Shown: positions 8,115 to 14,642 of the stretch, one piece after another | Position numbering within the stretch: the first letter of the stretch is position 1 | Layout of the letters: the number at the start of each line of letters is the position of its first letter | Assembly (NCBI GenBank): GCA_045601965.1 | Contig: JAZSAR010000121.1 | Coordinates: forward strand, 1 to 16,081 | DNA: 16,081 bases | Source of the DNA: Clostridia bacterium | GTDB lineage: Bacteria; Bacillota; Clostridia; CAKSNL01; HGM11501 | Direction of reading: 5' to 3' | Translations under genes and position numbers: made by a program | Notes under the pieces: generated by a model | The model's database searches: none | The model's input: only the letters and a program-made list of their open reading frames with translations | What the model was told of the DNA's origin: nothing

Positions 8115-8804
8115 ATGTATAAAGGACATATTGTTACTGCCGTGATACTTGCGGCGGGTTGCGGAAAAAGAATGAATGCAGGAAAAAATAAGCTTTTGCT
8201 CGAGGTTTCTCATCAAAGTATTTTGTCGTATACGATAAAGTGCTTTGACAAGGCTGCTTTGGTGGACGAACTTGTTTTAGTTTCTGCTCCTTGTGAAGAA
8301 GAATTGGTAAGAAATATTGCCGCATCAGTTGCGACCAAGCATTTCAAGGTCGTTATCGGAGGGGCAGAGAGAAGCGACTCTTCGTATAACGGAGTTTTGG
8401 CATCTAAAGACGGCATTGTTTTAATTCACGACGGTGCAAGAGCGTTTTGCGAGGAAAGAATAATAAACGAATGTGTTGAAGCTGCTGAAAAATATGGTGC
8501 GGCAGCACCGGGAATTGCTGTTACAGATACGGTAAAGCTGGTTAAAAACGGATTTATTAAAGGCACAATTTCCCGTGACAGCCTTACAAGAATTCAGACA
8601 CCGCAGACATTTATAAGAAGTGAGATATTAAATGCTCACGAAAATGCGAAAAAAGACGGGATTAAAGTTACGGATGACTGTATGCTTATGGAAAACTGCG
8701 GCAAGGATATTTTCCTTGTTGAAGGAAGCCCGTATAATATTAAAATTACGGTTAAGGAAGATCTTATACTTTCAGAGCGTATTGTAAAGGAGATGGGCTT
8801 ATGA
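8115..8804 (+). CDS. ispD: 2-C-methyl-D-erythritol 4-phosphate cytidylyltransferase
   Basis: VTAVILAAGCGKRM...NKLLLEV is the N-terminal nucleotide-binding motif. It is 229 aa and overlaps ispF by 4 bp (ATGA at 8801-8804). Confidence 0.85.
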   Translation: MYKGHIVTAVILAAGCGKRMNAGKNKLLLEVSHQSILSYTIKCFDKAALVDELVLVSAPCEEELVRNIAASVATKHFKVVIGGAERSDSSYNGVLASKDGIVLIHDGARAFCEERIINECVEAAEKYGAAAPGIAVTDTVKLVKNGFIKGTISRDSLTRIQTPQTFIRSEILNAHENAKKDGIKVTDDCMLMENCGKDIFLVEGSPYNIKITVKEDLILSERIVKEMGL

Positions 8805-9259
8805 GAGTAGGGTTCGGATATGACAGCCACAGATTGGTTGAAGAAAGAAAACTGATTTTGGGTGGCGTTGAAATACCTTTTGAAAAGGGGCTTTATGGTC
8901 ACAGCGATGCGGATGTACTTATTCACGCCATAATAGATGCTATTTTCGGAGCAGAGGCAAAAGGGGATATAGGGCGTCATTTTCCCGATAATGATCCGGC
9001 ATACAAGGATATAAATTCTATGCTACTTCTTGAAAAAGCTGTGTCTGAGATGGACGGCAAAATCGTGAATATTGATTGTACTCTTTTGATTCAGAAGCCT
9101 AAAATGGCACCTCATATAGATAAAATTCGTGAAAGCCTTGCAAAAGGACTTAAGACGGATGTTAAAAATGTCAGCGTAAAGGCAAAAACGGAAGAGGGAA
9201 TGGAAGCGGTTGGAAGAGGCGAACTGGTCAAAGCTTATGCAGTTGTCCTGATAGATTAA
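8801..9259 (+). CDS. ispF: 2-C-methyl-D-erythritol 2,4-cyclodiphosphate synthase
   Basis: It begins MRVGFGYDSHRL and contains GHSDADVLIHAIIDAIFGA plus metal-binding Asp/His residues. It is 152 aa. Confidence 0.9.
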   Translation: MRVGFGYDSHRLVEERKLILGGVEIPFEKGLYGHSDADVLIHAIIDAIFGAEAKGDIGRHFPDNDPAYKDINSMLLLEKAVSEMDGKIVNIDCTLLIQKPKMAPHIDKIRESLAKGLKTDVKNVSVKAKTEEGMEAVGRGELVKAYAVVLID

Positions 9260-9261
9260 GC

Positions 9262-9290
9262 TTGACTTTTCGCATTTCTTCGGCTATAAT
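9262..9290 (+). promoter_or_regulatory. Sigma-A promoter upstream of tRNA-Leu
   Basis: TTGACT at 9262-9267, a 17-bp spacer, then TATAAT at 9285-9290. It lies immediately after the ispF stop, leaving a leader of about 80 nt before the tRNA. Confidence 0.55.
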
Positions 9291-9371
9291 GAGAAGGCTT
9301 AATTTTACATTAATGAGTAAAAAACTGTTCCCATCGAGGAAAAGTTTTTTGAGCATTTTGCATTTAATAAC

Positions 9372-9455
9372 GCGGATGTGGTGGAATTGGCAGACATGCC
9401 AGATTTAGGTTCTGGTGCCCTCGGCGTGCAGGTTCAAGTCCTGTCATCCGCACCA
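9372..9455 (+). tRNA. tRNA-Leu, anticodon UAG (reads CUA/CUN), class II long variable arm, CCA encoded
   Basis: The acceptor stem GCGGATG pairs with CATCCGC. The D-stem is GTG/CAT. The anticodon stem CCAGA/TCTGG carries the loop TTTAGGT with anticodon TAG. A long variable arm, the T-loop TTCAAGT and a 3' ACCA are present. Confidence 0.85.
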
Positions 9456-9462
9456 AAAAGAG

Positions 9463-9491
9463 AGCGTGCCCGTTGGGTACGCTTTCTTTTT
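9463..9491 (+). terminator. Rho-independent terminator after tRNA-Leu
   Basis: AGCGTGCC-cgttg-GGGTACGCT is an 8-bp stem with one G-U pair, followed by TTCTTTTT. Confidence 0.65.
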
Positions 9492-9667
9492 GCATGAAAA
9501 GTAAGGACTTGAACTTGTCATAAGCAAAAGAGCTATTTGGACTTTTGCCTATGAGCCCTGTGCGAGGTTAAGACAAGAACTGATTGAAGAGAAAAAATTA
9601 CATAATACTCAAATAAATTTTACAATGACATTTTTTGTCTTTCCCGATGACTATAATTAGCTTGTAA

Positions 9668-10528
9668 CATTGGAAAACTAATGATTACGTCTGGACTGAA
9701 AAAATTTTACAGGATTTTAACAGGGTTGCTCTTAATCAGGAAGAACTTGCAAATCTTTTGAATAGTGGGGAAAAGTTATTTATCTTTGTCATAATAAATT
9801 TTCTATTCCTTTAAGTAAGGCGAATGTAACTTATCTTGGCGTAGATAATTCAACTATCGAAAATCCTTTTACGCTTCAACAGTATAAAAAAGCAGGAATT
9901 TCAATAGAAAACATTGCTTTGCCGTTTACTGTAAGTGATGATATGAGCAACTATGCATTAAGTATTGCAAAGGAAAACGGATATGATGACTATGCTGATA
10001 ATAATTCACCGCTTGCTGCATATTTCCACAGAAAGCTTAAGAATTTTGAAAGATTTTCTTACATAAGGTTACCTTATAATATTTCAAAAGCAACCAAAGA
10101 GTTTAAAAGCGAGTTTACTGCAAAGCAGGAGCTTCGTGCATTAAAAAAAGCCATATGATGCGGCAAGGGCTTATGTTACAAGCGGAAATTCGAAATGTGT
10201 TGCGAAAACCATTGCCAATGAATATTCGGAGGTAATTGAAAAATGCTTTACTCCCGTAATGGAAAGCCTGAAAACTCTATGTAATCTGAAGGGGAAGATA
10301 GTGGGGTACAGAACTATTGAGGAGCTTGTAAACGGGTGCAGAAAAACATTTCTTAAGGCATTTAATGAAGAAATTAGCGATAATCAGGATTACTATGATA
10401 TGTATGATTTCGACTATTTTGTTGATAATGTAACAATCGAGGAGCATGATAACAGAATCGGCGAAGGTGTATTGCAAAAAAGCTTTTTTTATGCTATAAT
10501 AAATCTGCATTTTATTTTGGAGGTGTAA
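9668..10528 (+). pseudogene. Decayed or frameshifted ORF of unknown function in an AT-rich tract. Coding potential runs frame 2 (9668-9814), then frame 1 (9766-10158), then frame 2 (10145-10528)
   Basis: The track ORFs 9919..10158 (TTG start) and 10259..10528 both continue upstream in frame without a start codon. Frame 1 is open from 9766 (VGKVIYLCHNKFSIPLSKANVTYLGVDNSTIENPF...). It joins frame 2 (KKPYDAARAYVTSGNSKCVAKTIANEYSEVIEKCFTPVMESLK...) exactly at the A7 homopolymer at 10143-10149. A further upstream segment in frame 2 (...ILQDFNRVALNQEELANLLNSGEKLFIFV) ends in a T-rich tract. The region is visibly more AT-rich than its neighbours. The last codons run through the PPTase promoter. Confidence 0.3.
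10472..10500 (+). promoter_or_regulatory. Sigma-A promoter for the PPTase gene
   Basis: TTGCAA at 10472-10477, a 17-bp spacer, then TGcTATAAT with the -10 at 10495-10500. The RBS GGAGGTG lies 7 nt before the ATG at 10530. Confidence 0.5.
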
Positions 10529-10529
10529 T

Positions 10530-11099
10530 ATGACACCCGATATTTATATAGTAAAAGTGAAAAGTCCGGTTGATGATGCCGTTTTTTCTAATTTGCTTAA
10601 ATGTATTGCACCGGAAAAAAAAGAACAGATTTTAAAAAAACGTAGAAGGCAGGATGCAGAGAATTCGCTTCTTGGTGAAATTTTGGCAAAAGCTTTAATA
10701 AAAAGGACATTTGGAATACCCGTGGCAAAGCAGGAATTTTTATATGGAGAGCACGGAAAGCCTTATCTTAAGGATTATCCGGATATTCATTTTAACATCA
10801 GCCATTCCGGGGAGTATGTGGTGTGCGCAGTTTATGATAAACCTATTGGCATAGACATACAAAAAATCGGAGAATATAAGATTGATGTGGCAAAAAGAGT
10901 GTTAAGTGAAAAAGAACTTTTTGAGATAGAGCAAAGCCAAAGCAAGGCAGAAGAATTTACAAAGCTATGGGTAATGAAGGAAGCAATTCTTAAAAGAGAG
11001 GGGACAGGATTTTCGACTAAAGATATAAAAAACTGTCTTGATGGAGAATTTGCGGAAACGGAGAAAGTTGAAGACTATTATATTGGAATTGCAAAATGA
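10530..11099 (+). CDS. Sfp-type 4'-phosphopantetheinyl transferase
   Basis: The 189-aa protein carries the PPTase motifs GKPY (EHGKPYLKD), FNISHSGEYVVCAV, GIDIQKI and WVMKEAILKREG(TG) in canonical order. It is larger than AcpS and of Sfp/EntD-type size. Confidence 0.85.
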   Translation: MTPDIYIVKVKSPVDDAVFSNLLKCIAPEKKEQILKKRRRQDAENSLLGEILAKALIKRTFGIPVAKQEFLYGEHGKPYLKDYPDIHFNISHSGEYVVCAVYDKPIGIDIQKIGEYKIDVAKRVLSEKELFEIEQSQSKAEEFTKLWVMKEAILKREGTGFSTKDIKNCLDGEFAETEKVEDYYIGIAK

Positions 11100-11101
11100 A
11101 A

Positions 11102-11131
11102 AGGATGCAGGCAACGCCTGCATCCTTTTTG
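11102..11131. terminator. Bidirectional rho-independent terminator between the PPTase (+) and the EF-G-like gene (-)
   Basis: AGGATGCAGGC-aacg-CCTGCATCCT is a 10-11-bp stem. It is followed by TTTTT on the plus strand and has a U-run on the minus-strand transcript as well. Confidence 0.75.
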
Positions 11132-11139
11132 TGTTTTAT

Positions 11140-13206
11140 TTAACCCTGCTTGCTTTCTGCGATAACCTTCTGTGCGATGTTTTCGGGAGCCTGCTCATAG
11201 CCTGCGAAATCGAAGGTGAAGTAGCCTCTACCCTGAGTCATGGAACGAAGGTCTGTTGCATAGCCTGTCATTTCGCTCATGGGAATGTCAGCCTCTACAA
11301 CGCTCTTTCCCTTTGCTTCTGCAGCGTTGGAACCTATTACTCTTCCGCGGCGCTTGTTGATATCGCCGTATACGTCGCCGATGTAGTCATCGGGAATTGT
11401 AACAAAGAGCTTTCCGATGGGCTCTAAGAGTACAGGAGATGCCTGGGCCATACCTTCCTTATAAGCAATAGCGGCTGCCATCTTGAAGGACATTTCTGAT
11501 GAGTCAACGGGGTGATATGAACCGTCAACCAGTGTAGCCTTTAAGTTAACAACGGGATATCCTGCAAGGGGGCCTTCCAGGATACATTCCTGAAGTCCCT
11601 TTTCAACAGCGGGGAAGAAGTTCTTCGGAACTGCACCACCGAAGATTTTCTCTTCGAAGGTAAGTTCTTCTGTTTCGCCGGGCTCAAATTCAATCCATAC
11701 ATCACCGAACTGACCGTGACCGCCGGACTGCTTCTTGTGTCTTCCCTGAACCTTAACCTTCTTTCTGATGGTTTCACGATAGGGAACCTTTGCAGGTGTA
11801 AGTGTAACCTCAACACCGAACTTAGCCTTTAACTTACTTACGATAACATCAAGATGCTGTTCACCCATACCGGAGATAACCATCTGATGGGTTTCAACTC
11901 TGTTTTCAACTGTAAATGTGGGATCTTCTTCCATAAGTCTGCGAAGGCCGGAATTTATCTTCTCTTCGTCGCCCTTGCTCTTGGGAACAATTGCCATTGT
12001 AAGAACGGGCTTATCGAATGTGATAGCGGGGAAGATTATGGGATTCTGCGCTGTGCAGAGTGTATCGCCGGTTGTTGTATATGCAAGTTTGTTGAGAACA
12101 CCGATGTCACCTGCAGAAAGCTCTGCCACCTCAACCTGCTTTTTGCCAACCAATGTATAAAGCTTACCTGCTTTTTCTATTGCATCCTTTGTGGAATTAT
12201 ATAAAGGCATATCGGACTTAAGTGTACCTGAGCAAACCTTTATAAGTGACATCTTTCCAACATAGGGATCGGCGATGGTCTTGAACACCTGAACAGATAA
12301 AGGAGCATCTGATGCAACCTTGAATTCTATCTCCTTGCCGCCCTTGTCAACGCCTTTGACAACCTCATCTGCATCGGGAGCGGGGAAGTAGTTAACGAAT
12401 GCATTGGATAAGAATCTTACGCCCATGTTAAGACCTGCGCTTCCGGAGTATACGGGAACAACACTGCCTTCCTTAACACCCTTTTTAAGAGCAGTTCTCA
12501 TTTCTTCTTCGGTAAATTCTTCACCTGCGAAATAGCGTTCCATAAGCTCGTCACTGGTTTCGGCAACAGCTTCGCATAAAAAGTCTCTGCAGCTTGCAAC
12601 CTCGTCTGCGATTGCTGCGGGAATCGGAATTTCTCCGTCGTCGCTCTTGTCGGTGTAAGCATAAGCCTTCATAGTGATGATGTTTACATAACCTGTAAGC
12701 TTGCCGCCTTCTGTTATAGGCATACGGAATGGTGCAACGCAGTGACCAAAGCTTTCCTTAAGCTCAGAGAGAGTCTTTGCATAATCTGCGTGCTCATCAT
12801 CCATCTTGTTGATAAATACGATGACGGGAAGACCTGCCTTCTTGGCACGTTCAAATGAAAGCTCTGTGCCTACAGAAACGCCGCTCTTTGCACTTACTAC
12901 GATCAAAGCACCGTCAGCCGCTCTGATACCTTCTGCAACTTCGCCTGCAAAGTCGAAATAACCGGGAGTGTCGATTAAGTTTATCTTATAATCCTTGTAT
13001 GTATAAGGTGAAGTAACTGTATTGATACTGAACTTACGCTTAATTTCTTCGGGATCGAAGTCGAGTACTGTACTTCCGTCAGCAATCTTTCCGAGCTTGT
13101 CGGTTGCACCTGCACCGTATAAAAGAGCCTCTGCCAAAGTGGTCTTTCCGGCGTGTGAGTGTGATAATAATACAATGTTTCTTATTTTGTCTGTAGCTAT
13201 GCCCAT
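11140..13206 (-). CDS. Elongation factor G paralogue (EF-G-like translational GTPase, 688 aa) with non-canonical G1 and switch-II residues
   Basis: It has the full EF-G domain order: a G domain with P-loop SHSHAGKTT, DTPGY and the NKMD G4 motif, then domains II to V. Its length is in the 690-700 aa range of EF-G (688 aa). The canonical AHVDAGKTT has become SHSHAGKTT, and the switch-II DTPGH has become DTPGY. The RBS AAGGAGG lies on the minus strand at 13214-13220, and the start ATG is the complement of 13204-13206. Confidence 0.8.
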   Translation of the reverse strand: MGIATDKIRNIVLLSHSHAGKTTLAEALLYGAGATDKLGKIADGSTVLDFDPEEIKRKFSINTVTSPYTYKDYKINLIDTPGYFDFAGEVAEGIRAADGALIVVSAKSGVSVGTELSFERAKKAGLPVIVFINKMDDEHADYAKTLSELKESFGHCVAPFRMPITEGGKLTGYVNIITMKAYAYTDKSDDGEIPIPAAIADEVASCRDFLCEAVAETSDELMERYFAGEEFTEEEMRTALKKGVKEGSVVPVYSGSAGLNMGVRFLSNAFVNYFPAPDADEVVKGVDKGGKEIEFKVASDAPLSVQVFKTIADPYVGKMSLIKVCSGTLKSDMPLYNSTKDAIEKAGKLYTLVGKKQVEVAELSAGDIGVLNKLAYTTTGDTLCTAQNPIIFPAITFDKPVLTMAIVPKSKGDEEKINSGLRRLMEEDPTFTVENRVETHQMVISGMGEQHLDVIVSKLKAKFGVEVTLTPAKVPYRETIRKKVKVQGRHKKQSGGHGQFGDVWIEFEPGETEELTFEEKIFGGAVPKNFFPAVEKGLQECILEGPLAGYPVVNLKATLVDGSYHPVDSSEMSFKMAAAIAYKEGMAQASPVLLEPIGKLFVTIPDDYIGDVYGDINKRRGRVIGSNAAEAKGKSVVEADIPMSEMTGYATDLRSMTQGRGYFTFDFAGYEQAPENIAQKVIAESKQG

Positions 13207-13236
13207 GATGTTAGCCTCCTTGTAAATAAATTGCTG

Positions 13237-13260
13237 TTACGTATAAATTTACGTATAAAG
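13237..13260. repeat. Tandem direct repeat, 2 x 12 bp (TTACGTATAAAT / TTACGTATAAAG), in the 5' UTR or promoter region of the EF-G-like gene
   Basis: There are two adjacent copies. Each contains the palindromic core TACGTA, and the centres are 12 bp apart. On the minus-strand transcript they lie between the promoter region and the RBS. Confidence 0.5.
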
Positions 13261-13375
13261 TATAGATTCTGCACAAAAAAAGAAAATCCTTTTACTATTT
13301 TGATGTCAAAATGCACAAAATTTCGACTGTCAAAAAGGCAACATGCACAGAATTGGTTTTAAAGGAAAAAAGTGC

Positions 13376-13404
13376 TTGACTTTAAATCACATTTGTGCTA
13401 TAAT
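13376..13404 (+). promoter_or_regulatory. Sigma-A promoter for rpsF-ssb-rpsR
   Basis: TTGACT at 13376-13381, a 17-bp spacer, then TGcTATAAT with the -10 at 13399-13404. Confidence 0.6.
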
Positions 13405-13434
13405 AATAAGGCTGTAAAAAAGCAAAAATATAAT

Positions 13435-13481
13435 CCTTGCGCTTATTTTTAAGCGCCAAAGACCGTGAGGAGGTGCAAAGA
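13435..13481 (+). promoter_or_regulatory. rpsF 5' leader hairpin (candidate S6:S18 autoregulatory element)
   Basis: GCGCTT-attttt-AAGCGC forms a stem-loop at 13439-13456. It is followed by CAAAGACCGTGAGGAGG, which contains the RBS, immediately before the rpsF ATG at 13482. Confidence 0.3.
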
Positions 13482-13778
13482 ATGGCAGAAGTAATTAATA
13501 AGTACGAGACCATATTTGTCCTTGATGTAAACATGGGAGACGAGAAGATCGAAGAGCTTTCCAATAAGTTCCAGGAGCTTATTGCAGCTAACGGTGAAGT
13601 TGAAAGTGTTGACGTTTGGGGCAAGAGAAGACTGGCTTATCCTATCGATTATAAGACAGAAGGCTACTATGTTCTTGTAAACTTTTCTTCCAAGCCCGAA
13701 TTCCCGAAGGAACTTGAACGTATCTACGGAATTACAGAAGGCGTGCTTCGTACAATCGTTGTAAGAAAAGAAGCATAA
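13482..13778 (+). CDS. rpsF: 30S ribosomal protein S6
   Basis: MAEVINKYETIFVLDVNMGDEKIEELSNKFQELIAANGEVESVDVWGKRRLAYPI... is the S6 fold signature. The RBS GAGGAGG lies 8 nt upstream. The track ORF start at 13437 (TTG) is rejected in favour of this ATG. It is followed by ssb and rpsR. Confidence 0.9.
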   Translation: MAEVINKYETIFVLDVNMGDEKIEELSNKFQELIAANGEVESVDVWGKRRLAYPIDYKTEGYYVLVNFSSKPEFPKELERIYGITEGVLRTIVVRKEA

Positions 13779-13790
13779 AGGAGAAAGAAA

Positions 13791-14228
13791 ATGCTTAACA
13801 AAGTAGTATTAATGGGACGTTTTACGAAAGACCCCGAGCTGAGGAGTACTCCTCAGGGCGTGTCTGTCTGCAATTTCCGTCTCGGCGTAACAAGAAATTA
13901 CAAGACCAACGGAAGCTATGAAAGCGATTTCATTGACTGCGTTGCTTGGAGAAATACTGCGGAATTTATTTCCAAGTTTTTCAAAAAAGGTAATCTTGTT
14001 TGCGTTGAAGGCTCACTTCAGTCAAGAAGCTGGGAGCAGGACGGACAGAGAAGAACAACTCTCGAAGTAATGGTAGACAACACCTATTTCGTAGAAAGCA
14101 AGAAGGATGCCGAGGGCGGCGATTTTGGAGGATCAACCTTCAGCGCACCTGCCGGGGCACCCGCAGAACCGAAGGAGTCTTTTTCATCCGAGGGCTTCAA
14201 TGCACTCGATGATGATTTACCCTTCTAA
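13791..14228 (+). CDS. ssb: Single-stranded DNA-binding protein
   Basis: The N-terminal OB fold begins MLNKVVLMGRFTKDPELRSTPQGVSVCNFRLGV. A Gly/Pro-rich linker follows. The acidic C-terminal tip DDDLPF is the SSB client-interaction motif. Confidence 0.9.
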   Translation: MLNKVVLMGRFTKDPELRSTPQGVSVCNFRLGVTRNYKTNGSYESDFIDCVAWRNTAEFISKFFKKGNLVCVEGSLQSRSWEQDGQRRTTLEVMVDNTYFVESKKDAEGGDFGGSTFSAPAGAPAEPKESFSSEGFNALDDDLPF

Positions 14229-14253
14229 CTTATAATTAAAGGAGGTTAACGAC

Positions 14254-14502
14254 ATGGAAAGAGAAAGAGATGATAGACCTCAGAGAAACAGAAAGCCCAG
14301 ACGTAAGGTCTGCCAGTTCTGTGCCGATAAGGTTGAATTCATAGATTACAAGGATGTTGCAAAGCTTCGTCGTTTTGTATCTGAGCGTGCTAAGATTCTT
14401 CCCAGAAGAATTACAGGTACCTGTGCAAAGCACCAGAGAGAGCTTACAGTTGCAATAAAGAGAGCAAGACACATCGCACTCATTCCTTATTCTGCTGAAT
14501 AA
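14254..14502 (+). CDS. rpsR: 30S ribosomal protein S18
   Basis: The 82-aa protein begins [57 protein letters not shown]. Confidence 0.9.
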   Translation: MERERDDRPQRNRKPRRKVCQFCADKVEFIDYKDVAKLRRFVSERAKILPRRITGTCAKHQRELTVAIKRARHIALIPYSAE

Positions 14503-14509
14503 TTAAATT

Positions 14510-14541
14510 AAAACCGCTTGCCTTTTGGCAAGCGGTTTTTT
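14510..14541 (+). terminator. Rho-independent terminator of the rpsF-ssb-rpsR operon
   Basis: AAAA-CCGCTTGCC-tttt-GGCAAGCGG-TTTTTT is a perfect 9-bp GC-rich stem plus a U-tract. Confidence 0.85.
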
Positions 14542-14583
14542 CTTGCATTCTTAACTTTCATGAAGCTTTCGATTTTAAAAGCA

Positions 14584-14612
14584 TTGACAAGTAAAAGAGA
14601 ATGTGTTATATT
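14584..14612 (+). promoter_or_regulatory. Sigma-A promoter for the GH39 gene
   Basis: TTGACA at 14584-14589, a 17-bp spacer, then TGtTATATT with the -10 at 14607-14612. The RBS AAGGGAGG lies before the ATG at 14643. Confidence 0.55.
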
Positions 14613-14642
14613 AAGCAAGAATAAATAAGGGAGGCGGTTAAA

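Noticed and set aside
9919-10528. Treating track ORFs 9919..10158 and 10259..10528 as two intact small genes.
   Set aside because: Both reading frames extend far upstream of the proposed TTG/ATG starts with no RBS. They abut each other across an A7 frameshift. The second runs through the PPTase promoter. They are better explained as pieces of one decayed gene (or non-coding AT-rich DNA) than as two bona fide CDSs.
11038-12204. Plus-strand ORFs 11038..11427, 11854..12204 and 11918..12160.
   Set aside because: They are antisense to the well-supported EF-G-like gene on the minus strand. They are Cys-rich and low-complexity, and lack an RBS.
11140-13206. Calling the EF-G-like protein a Tet(M)/Tet(O) ribosomal protection (tetracycline resistance) determinant.
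   Set aside because: Tet(M)-type proteins are about 640 aa and retain canonical AHVDAGKTT and DTPGH. This protein is EF-G-length and has divergent motifs. There is no mobile-element context (no transposase, integrase or conjugation genes) nearby. It cannot be fully excluded without alignment, so it is left as an EF-G paralogue.
13437-13481. The track start for rpsF at 13437 (TTG, giving N-terminal MRLFLSAKDREEVQR).
   Set aside because: The canonical S6 N-terminus MAEVINKYETIFVL begins at the ATG at 13482 and has a perfect GAGGAGG RBS. The upstream extension overlaps the promoter -10 and the leader hairpin.
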